From contig DJEU01000059.1 in the NCBI GenBank assembly GCA_002431395.1, positions 9,753-73,752 on the forward strand: 64,000 nt of DNA. The letters run 5' to 3'. Below, piece by piece: positions 55,744-63,135 of this stretch. Position numbers and translations under genes: made by a program. This DNA is from Lachnoclostridium sp. UBA5890 (GTDB lineage: Bacteria > Bacillota > Clostridia > Lachnospirales > Lachnospiraceae). Under the pieces are notes generated by a model. That model ran no database searches and had not been told where the DNA came from. It saw only the letters and a program-made list of their open reading frames with translations. Position 1 is the stretch's first letter. Each line of letters begins with the position of its first letter.

Positions 55744-56997
55744 ATGAGTAAAGTTGAAGAACTGATAAAAAAATATTGCCCAGAGGGAGTGCCATTTAAG
55801 CCTTTAGGTGAATGTGTTATTAAAGCAGAAAATATTAAATGGAAAAATGATGACAGAGATTTCCAGTATATTGATCTTACTTCAGTAGATAGAGAAACCC
55901 ATAGAATTATTGCGTGTTCTACAATTAACCGAGACAATGCTCCAAGCAGAGCTCAGCAGATTGTTCTTGAGGGGGATATCTTGTTTGGTGGTACAAGACC
56001 AATGCTGAAAAGGTATTGTATGGTACCTAAGGAATATGATGGACAAATATGCAGTACTGGTTTTTGTGTATTAAGAGCAAATGAAAGCATTATTTTGAAT
56101 AGTTGGATTTACCATATTATTTCATCAACTGAGTTTTATGCTCATGTAGAAAAATATCAGAAGGGTGCAAGTTATCCAGCTATAACGGATAATGAAGTTA
56201 AGCAGTTTGAAATTCCTGTACCCCCACTGGAAATACAACGTGAAATAGTCCAGATCCTGGACAAGTTCACGCTCCTTTCAGCGGAGCTTTCAGCGGAGCT
56301 TTCAGCGGAGCTTTCAGCTCGCAAAAAGCAATATGATTATTATGGAAATCAGTTGTTTGAGAGTATATCGGATGATGTTAATGTATCTACTGTGGGAGAA
56401 ATAATCACATCGCTGAAAACAGGACTTAATCCAAGGAAGAACTTTACTTTAAATGAGGCGGGGGCATGCTATCCGTATATCACAGGAAAAGATATATTCG
56501 ATAATCAGATAAATGTTACAGAAAGAACAGATAGAATCACACCGGAAGCACTTGAACTTATTAACAAAAGGGCACATCTGGAAAAAGGATTGCTATTATT
56601 TGCTAGTACAGGAACAGGCACGGTTGGACGAATGGCAATTATAGAGGAATACAATGATGATTGGGGAATGAGTGAAACATTATACGGTATAAAAGTAGAT
56701 GAAAAAGTTATCCTTCCACATTATTTAATGTTTTTCTTGTATTCCGTTGCGGCAAGAAAACAATTTGAACAAAAGATTACAAAAGGGTCTGTTCCACATT
56801 TAAAAGTTAAAGATCTTTTAGATGTAAAGATTCCAGTACCTTCTATTGAGGTTCAAACAAAAATAGTGGATGTACTAAGTCGGTTCGATAAATTATGTAA
56901 CGGAATGATGGAAGGACTACCTGCAGAAATAGAGGCCCGTCAAAAACAATATGAATATTACCGGGACAAGTTGTTGACATTTAAAGAAGCAGTTTAA
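55744..56997 (+). CDS. hsdS: Type I restriction-modification system specificity subunit (two TRDs)
   Basis: 417 aa with two TRDs. The central conserved region is 'PPLEIQREIVQILDKFTLLSAELSAELSAELSARKKQYDYY'. The C-terminal conserved region is 'PSIEVQTKIVDVLSRFDKL...EARQKQYEYYRDKLL'. Confidence 0.93.
   Translation: MSKVEELIKKYCPEGVPFKPLGECVIKAENIKWKNDDRDFQYIDLTSVDRETHRIIACSTINRDNAPSRAQQIVLEGDILFGGTRPMLKRYCMVPKEYDGQICSTGFCVLRANESIILNSWIYHIISSTEFYAHVEKYQKGASYPAITDNEVKQFEIPVPPLEIQREIVQILDKFTLLSAELSAELSAELSARKKQYDYYGNQLFESISDDVNVSTVGEIITSLKTGLNPRKNFTLNEAGACYPYITGKDIFDNQINVTERTDRITPEALELINKRAHLEKGLLLFASTGTGTVGRMAIIEEYNDDWGMSETLYGIKVDEKVILPHYLMFFLYSVAARKQFEQKITKGSVPHLKVKDLLDVKIPVPSIEVQTKIVDVLSRFDKLCNGMMEGLPAEIEARQKQYEYYRDKLLTFKEAV
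56284..56327 (+). repeat. In-frame 12-bp tandem repeat (CTTTCAGCGGAG, about 3.7 copies) encoding (L)SAE repeats in the hsdS central conserved region
   Basis: Three perfect copies at 56284-56295, 56296-56307 and 56308-56319, plus a partial copy to 56327. Confidence 0.9.
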
Positions 56998-57004
56998 GGA
57001 GGAG

Positions 57005-60000
57005 GTGTTAGCTGTGCCATATTTTAACATTGTTGCACAGACAAATGAAAATACAGTAGTTACAGAGTACGAGCCATCAAAGGCTCGCTCTGAAAGCTAC
57101 CAGTCGGAAGCTGCGCTGGAAGCAGAGTTTATAAAGCTACTGTCTGGGGAAAATGGCCAAGGCGGATTGGGGTATGAGTATCTTAAGATTCATCAGGAAT
57201 CTGATTTAATTGCAAACTTGCGTAAGCGCCTTGAAATGCTCAATGATTATCAGTTCTCTGATGGCGAGTGGGAAAGATTCTTCAGTGAATCCTTGGCAAA
57301 TCAGAATGAGGGTATTGTTGAGAAGACGAGAAAAATCCAGGAGGATAACATTCAGGTTCTTAAGCGTGATGATGGCAGTACAAAGAACATTGCCATTATT
57401 GATAAGAAGAACATTCACAACAACTTCCTTCAGGTTATCAATCAGTATGTTATCGGAACAGCAGATGGAGCTAAGCATGATAACCGCTATGATGTAACGA
57501 TTCTTGTTAATGGTTTGCCTTTGGTTCATGTCGAGCTTAAGAGACGTGGCGTTGCTATCAGAGAAGCATTTAATCAGATTAACAGATACCAGAGAGACAG
57601 CTTTTGGGCTGGATCTGGACTTTTTGAGTATGTTCAGTTATTTGTAATCTCTAACGGTACAAATACAAAGTATTACTCGAACAGCACGAGATTTAATGCT
57701 ATCAAGGATGCAAATGCATCAAAGACTAAGAAGGGCAAAACCAGTAATAGCTTTGAGTTTACATCATACTGGGCAGATTCAAAGAACAGAGTAATTGCGG
57801 ATCTTGTTGATTTTACAAAGACGTTCTTTGCAAGACATACAATCCTTAATATTCTTACGAAGTATTGTATCTTTACTTCAGAGAATATGCTTATGGTTAT
57901 GCGCCCTTATCAGATTACTGCGACGGAGCGTATTCTTAATCGTCTCGAGATTGCAAATAACTATAAAAAGTACGGCGACATTTCCGGAGGTGGCTACATT
58001 TGGCATACTACTGGTTCCGGAAAGACCCTCACTTCATTTAAGACTGCAAGGCTGGCATCCAATTTACCATACATTGATAAGGTACTTTTTGTCGTAGACC
58101 GTAAGGATCTGGATTATCAGACCATGAAGGAGTATGACAGATTCGAGAAGGGTGCTGCAAACAGTAATACCAAGACATCTATCCTTCAGAGACAGTTGGA
58201 GGATAAGGATAAGAATGGTGTATATCACGAGTATAAGATTATTATTACAACCATTCAGAAGCTTGCTACATTCATTAAGAAGAATAAAGAACATGAGATC
58301 TATAACAAGCATGTTGTTATTATTTTTGATGAATGTCACCGCAGTCAGTTCGGCGATATGCATGCTGCGATTGTAAAGCACTTTAAGAAGTATCATTTAT
58401 TCGGATTTACAGGTACGCCTATCTTCGCGACCAATATCGGTAGTACAAAAAAAACTACTTTCTTTACAACAGAGCAAACTTTTGGAGATCAGCTTCATTC
58501 ATATACCATCGTTGATGCTATCAATGATAAGAACGTTCTTCCGTTCCGTGTTGATTACATAAAGACAATGGACATTGATGATAATATCGAAGATGAAGAG
58601 GTGTGGGATATTGCCAGAGAAAAGGCTATGATGGCACCGCAAAGAATCTCTATGGTTACAAAGTATATTCTTGATAACTTTGATAGAAAGACCTATAGAG
58701 GCGATAAGTCATACGTTTATAATTCTTTGATTAACATTGAAGAGGTTGCATCTGCAAAGCAAGGAACCGTAGAAGAGATTAAACAGCAGCAAAGACTCAG
58801 CGGATTTAACTCAATATTTGCGGTAGCTTCCGTTCCGATGGCAAAGCTTTACTACGAAGAATTTAAGAAGCAGATGCAGGCGGATCCTTCTAAGAAGCTT
58901 CGCGTGGCTACAATCTTTAGTTTTGCTGCAAATGAAGAGGAGGCAGAAGAGGATAATGGTTTATTAGGCGAAGAAAATTCTGAGGATACATCAGCACTTG
59001 ATCAGTCAAGCAGAGACTTTTTGGAAGCTGCTATTGATGACTACAATAAGATGTTCAATACGAATTATGATACATCCAGCGATAAGTTCCAGAATTATTA
59101 CAAGGACGTATCTCTTAGAATGAAGAATAAGGAGATTGATCTTCTTATCGTAGTTAATATGTTCCTTACAGGCTTTGATGCTACAACGTTGAATACTCTT
59201 TGGGTTGATAAGAACCTGAAGATGCACGGACTGATTCAGGCCTTTTCAAGAACGAATAGAATCCTCAATTCTATTAAGACTTTCGGTAACATTGTATGCT
59301 TCCGTAATCTTCAGAAGAGAGTGGATTCAGCTATCTCTTTATTTGGAGATAAGGATGCAGGCGGCATTGTTTTGATGCAGAGCTTTAAGGACTACTATTA
59401 CGGTTATACCGGAGTAGATGACACACCGCATCCGGGCTATGTTGATATGATTGAAGAACTTACAACAAAGTTCCCTGTGGAAGAGGCTCGTATTGAAGGT
59501 GAAACCAATCAGAAAGCATTCATCTCATTATTTGGTGCAATCCTTAGAATGAGAAACCTGCTTAGCTCTTTTGATGAGTTTGCAGGAAAAGAGATTCTTT
59601 CTGACCGTGATATGCAAGACTACCTTGGAAAGTATCAGGATCTTCGCGATGAGTGGAAGCGTAAGAGAGAAGAACATGCAGCAGTAAATATTGATGATGA
59701 TATTGTATTTGAAATCGAGCTTATTAAGCAGATTGAGATCAATATTGATTACATTCTCATGCTGGTGAAGAAGTATCATGACAGCCACTGCGAGGATAAA
59801 GAGGTTCTTGTTACCATCAAGAAAGCGATTGCAGCAAGTCCTGAACTTAGAAGTAAGAAAGCTCTTATCGAAAACTTCATTGCCGGAATCAATGATGTTG
59901 ATGACATTATGACTGAATGGAACAACTATGTTGCAGCTCAGCGTGATCAGCAGCTTATTATTATCATTGATGAGGAAAAGTTACAGGAAGAAGCAACAAG

Positions 60001-60247
60001 AAGGTTCATAGAGTATGCTTTCCGTATCGGAGAAATCAAGACCACTGGTACAGACATTGATAAGATTCTTCCTCCAGTATCACGATTTGGTGGCAGTAAC
60101 AGATCAGAGAAGAAGGAGCGAGTTATCGAAAGACTGAAGGCATATTTTGAGAAGTTTCATAATATTGGGGAATCATTTAATGCTGATAATAGTTTGGATT
60201 ATAAAACAGATATCGATATAGGGGGCATAGATGCAGATGAAGAATAG
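57005..60247 (+). CDS. hsdR: Type I restriction enzyme R subunit (SF2 helicase-nuclease)
   Basis: About 1080 aa. Nuclease region 'RYDVTILVNGLPLVHVELKR', helicase motif I 'HTTGSGKTLT', motif II 'IIFDECHRS', and 'TGFDATTLN'. A GTG start at 57005 or 57014 follows the AAGGAGGAGG RBS. Confidence 0.95.
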   Translation: MLAVPYFNIVAQTNENTVVTEYEPSKARSESYQSEAALEAEFIKLLSGENGQGGLGYEYLKIHQESDLIANLRKRLEMLNDYQFSDGEWERFFSESLANQNEGIVEKTRKIQEDNIQVLKRDDGSTKNIAIIDKKNIHNNFLQVINQYVIGTADGAKHDNRYDVTILVNGLPLVHVELKRRGVAIREAFNQINRYQRDSFWAGSGLFEYVQLFVISNGTNTKYYSNSTRFNAIKDANASKTKKGKTSNSFEFTSYWADSKNRVIADLVDFTKTFFARHTILNILTKYCIFTSENMLMVMRPYQITATERILNRLEIANNYKKYGDISGGGYIWHTTGSGKTLTSFKTARLASNLPYIDKVLFVVDRKDLDYQTMKEYDRFEKGAANSNTKTSILQRQLEDKDKNGVYHEYKIIITTIQKLATFIKKNKEHEIYNKHVVIIFDECHRSQFGDMHAAIVKHFKKYHLFGFTGTPIFATNIGSTKKTTFFTTEQTFGDQLHSYTIVDAINDKNVLPFRVDYIKTMDIDDNIEDEEVWDIAREKAMMAPQRISMVTKYILDNFDRKTYRGDKSYVYNSLINIEEVASAKQGTVEEIKQQQRLSGFNSIFAVASVPMAKLYYEEFKKQMQADPSKKLRVATIFSFAANEEEAEEDNGLLGEENSEDTSALDQSSRDFLEAAIDDYNKMFNTNYDTSSDKFQNYYKDVSLRMKNKEIDLLIVVNMFLTGFDATTLNTLWVDKNLKMHGLIQAFSRTNRILNSIKTFGNIVCFRNLQKRVDSAISLFGDKDAGGIVLMQSFKDYYYGYTGVDDTPHPGYVDMIEELTTKFPVEEARIEGETNQKAFISLFGAILRMRNLLSSFDEFAGKEILSDRDMQDYLGKYQDLRDEWKRKREEHAAVNIDDDIVFEIELIKQIEINIDYILMLVKKYHDSHCEDKEVLVTIKKAIAASPELRSKKALIENFIAGINDVDDIMTEWNNYVAAQRDQQLIIIIDEEKLQEEATRRFIEYAFRIGEIKTTGTDIDKILPPVSRFGGSNRSEKKERVIERLKAYFEKFHNIGESFNADNSLDYKTDIDIGGIDADEE

Positions 60248-61661
60248 GATAAAACACCCTAAGGTTTTCATTTCTTATGCATGGGGATCACAAGAACATG
60301 ATGAGAAGGTTATTGCTTTGGCTACAAATCTTAAGGGAGATGGAGTGGATGTTGTTTTTGATAAATGGCAGTTAAAAGAGGGTAATGATACCTTTAAATT
60401 TATGGAAAAAAGTGTTTTAGATGAGAGCATTACTAATGTACTGATTCTGATAGATCCTATTTATGCAAAGAAGGCAAATGAAAGGGCTGGTGGCGTAGGT
60501 ACAGAAACACAGATTATTTCAACAGAGGTTTATAATAAGGTTGAACAGAGAAAGTTTATACCGGTTGTATTTGAAAGAGATGCCGAAGGAAATGTATGTA
60601 AACCGCAGTATTTAAAGGGACTTTTGCACTTCGATTTATCAATGCCTGACACATATGATACTGAGTATCAGAGAATGGTACGTACATTATATGGGATAGA
60701 TACATATAAGGAGCCAGAGCTGGGAAAACCTCCAGTGTGGCTAGAGGAGATTCCCAAGGTGTCATATAAGTCGAGGGTGACGAGCGATTTTTTTCGAGGA
60801 ACGGCAGGTGATGCCGTAAAAAAGAGTAAGTTTGCTGAAAATCTTGAGGAATTAAAAAAACAGATTTTGGGATATGAGTACACCGAAAAAGAAGTTATTC
60901 CGTGCTACCTTGAATTAATGCCTTTTAGAGATGAATTCCTTCTGCTTGTTAAAAGTACTGAGTACGTTCAGGAAGGGTATAAGCAGATAGCTAAATTTTT
61001 AGAAGAACTAATGTATGAAATACGCAGACAACAGACAAATTATGCTAATTTAAAGGTGACTTTTGTGCACGAGTGTTTTATATATGTGGTAGCGTATTAT
61101 CTAAAAAAGTGTGCAAATGAAGCTTTGAGATATGTTTTAAATAAGACATATTTTGCTGGTACTTCACATTTTAATCAGGACGCTGATAGTTATAACTGTT
61201 TTTACTGCTATAACGATGTCTTGGATAGTGCTATTTGTAAAAGAGATGGTAAGAATTATTATTGCGGAACCGCAGCACTGTGGATTGAGAACCTTAATGT
61301 AGAAGTATGTAATAAAGATGAGTTTGTTTCAGGAGATTTATTTTGCCATAGCGCGTCGCTTTTGATTTCCAACTATGAGAAAGATTGGGCATGGTTCCCT
61401 TTGACTTATGTTTATAATAGCGATGAGTATAGAGGTTTATTTGCAACGTATTCAAAAAGATTGATATCAAAGGAACATTTGGAAAACATGATGTATGTTC
61501 TTAATTTTGAATCAGTTGATGAGTTTAAACAACAATACAAAAATATCGAAGAAAAGTTTCATAAAGGAGATTTAAAAGAGTATCGTTATAGTAGTTGTTT
61601 TGAAACAGCCAAGAATTTCTGGAATTATATAAAGACTGAAGAATTAGGAACAAGAAATTAG
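60231..61661 (+). CDS. TIR/SEFIR-like domain protein with an uncharacterised alpha-helical, Cys-rich C-terminal domain
   Basis: The N-terminus 'PKVFISYAWGSQEHDEKVIALATNLKGDGVDVVFDKWQLKEG...ILIDP' follows the TIR/SEFIR beta-alpha pattern. The start overlaps the hsdR stop by 17 nt. I do not recognise the C-terminal ~300 aa. Confidence 0.65.
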   Translation: MQMKNRIKHPKVFISYAWGSQEHDEKVIALATNLKGDGVDVVFDKWQLKEGNDTFKFMEKSVLDESITNVLILIDPIYAKKANERAGGVGTETQIISTEVYNKVEQRKFIPVVFERDAEGNVCKPQYLKGLLHFDLSMPDTYDTEYQRMVRTLYGIDTYKEPELGKPPVWLEEIPKVSYKSRVTSDFFRGTAGDAVKKSKFAENLEELKKQILGYEYTEKEVIPCYLELMPFRDEFLLLVKSTEYVQEGYKQIAKFLEELMYEIRRQQTNYANLKVTFVHECFIYVVAYYLKKCANEALRYVLNKTYFAGTSHFNQDADSYNCFYCYNDVLDSAICKRDGKNYYCGTAALWIENLNVEVCNKDEFVSGDLFCHSASLLISNYEKDWAWFPLTYVYNSDEYRGLFATYSKRLISKEHLENMMYVLNFESVDEFKQQYKNIEEKFHKGDLKEYRYSSCFETAKNFWNYIKTEELGTRN

Positions 61662-61687
61662 CGTTAAGTGAGAGGGTGGTGTTTTGA

Positions 61688-62518
61688 ATGTATGGAAAAG
61701 CTATTGAACTCTTTCTTGTAAATGGATCCGCAGATAGTTTGACTACAGCGGAATTATCAAACTGGAATGGTAAAGCCATTAAGATCCCAAGAACAGAGAT
61801 TGCAGGATGTGACCGGGATGATATTAAAGGTGTCGGTGTGTACTTCTTAATGTGTCAGGAGGATGACGGAACGGATTCCGTGTATATCGGCGAAGCAGAA
61901 AACGTGTTGGATAGGCTTTCTCAACATCTTAGGGATTATCAGTCCGGCAAGGAGAAATATTACTGGAATACTGCGGTAATTTTTGTAGGTAGAGACTTGA
62001 ATAAAGCCTTAATTAGATATTTAGAGAATCGCTTTGTTGAGATTGCTAAGGAATGTGGCAGATATTCTGTCCTGACGAAGAACACGTATAAGAACACTGT
62101 ACTGAAAGAAGCACAGATTGCTACTATGGAAGAGTTTATAGATAATGTGAAGATCCTCATCAATACTCTTGGATATAAGGTTCTTGTGCCGGTTCCGAAG
62201 GCTGCAGATGATACGGTTTATCTGTATTGCAAGGGAATAGAGGCAAGTGCAAAAGGCTTTGTAAGTACAGGTGGATTCACAGTACTTTCAGGTTCAAAAA
62301 TATCAGACCATACAGTGCCGTCATTGGAGACCCAGGGTAAAGGTTATTATAATCTGCGAAATACACTTATCAAAGATGAAGTGATAAAAGATGGAGTATT
62401 CCAAAAGGATTATGAGTTTAGTGCACCGTCCGCTGCGTCAGCTGTAATACTTGGGCATACATCCAATGGTAATGTCGATTGGAAGACAGAGGACGGAACA
62501 AGATTAAAAGATTTATAA
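61688..62518 (+). CDS. GIY-YIG nuclease-domain protein with C-terminal DUF4357-like domain
   Basis: 'GVYFLM...SVYIGEAENVLDRLSQH', 'RYLENRF' and 'N' fit the GIY-YIG layout. The C-terminus 'FSAPSAASAVILGHTSNGNVDWKTEDGTRL' fits the DUF4357 pattern as I remember it. Confidence 0.7.
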   Translation: MYGKAIELFLVNGSADSLTTAELSNWNGKAIKIPRTEIAGCDRDDIKGVGVYFLMCQEDDGTDSVYIGEAENVLDRLSQHLRDYQSGKEKYYWNTAVIFVGRDLNKALIRYLENRFVEIAKECGRYSVLTKNTYKNTVLKEAQIATMEEFIDNVKILINTLGYKVLVPVPKAADDTVYLYCKGIEASAKGFVSTGGFTVLSGSKISDHTVPSLETQGKGYYNLRNTLIKDEVIKDGVFQKDYEFSAPSAASAVILGHTSNGNVDWKTEDGTRLKDL

Positions 62519-62585
62519 AGAACTGTAGATTTTGGTCCGCTGGATCAGAAGCTGAAATTGCTTTAGCAATAGGAGGTAAACATCT

Positions 62586-63119
62586 GTGGATAATAGTTTT
62601 ATAGAGGAATTGCTTAATCATCCATTTGAAAAGAAGAGGATTAAGTCATTAAGAGGAGAATTCTGGATAGAGGAAGTTTTTACAAATAAGGATAATCATA
62701 TAGATGGTGAAATACGTTGTGGTATTCAGGGCGATGATTTTTGGAATGGTAGTGTGGAGGTTTACATAGAAATCGAAAAATTTAAAAATGAACATCATGC
62801 TGGATTTGGTCATTTGGAAGTACCCTCAAGGATTAGTAATCATGGAATAGGCACAACACTTATGCTTTCCGTTATTGATACAATAAAGGCTTTTAAGGAA
62901 TTTTATTCGGTAGGAGAAACAGTGAGTGTAAGTGGCTGGTTATCTACGTCGGATAAACAAAACGGGAATTGGAACAAGTCGGTTCCTCTTTACGAAAAGA
63001 TAGGGCACTTAGCAAATGTAGAAAGCTATTTTACCATCAAGAATGATGAAAATCATTATACAGCAGAAGATTTTTTGCGTATATCAAATGACGATGGAAG
63101 TATTATTTATTTGATTTAA
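62586..63119 (+). CDS. Hypothetical protein, possibly GNAT-fold acetyltransferase-like
   Basis: GTG start lies 9 nt after an AGGAGG RBS. 'ISNHGIGTTLMLSVIDTIKAF' resembles GNAT motif A (x-x-G-x-G). The assignment is weak. Confidence 0.4.
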   Translation: MDNSFIEELLNHPFEKKRIKSLRGEFWIEEVFTNKDNHIDGEIRCGIQGDDFWNGSVEVYIEIEKFKNEHHAGFGHLEVPSRISNHGIGTTLMLSVIDTIKAFKEFYSVGETVSVSGWLSTSDKQNGNWNKSVPLYEKIGHLANVESYFTIKNDENHYTAEDFLRISNDDGSIIYLI

Positions 63120-63135
63120 GTAGGGAGGTGAGGAT

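Noticed and set aside
56284-56327. Possible CRISPR or other non-coding repeat array
   Set aside because: The unit is only 12 bp with no spacers, and it is in frame inside hsdS. It is a coding tandem repeat, not CRISPR. I saw no CRISPR-like array anywhere in the window.
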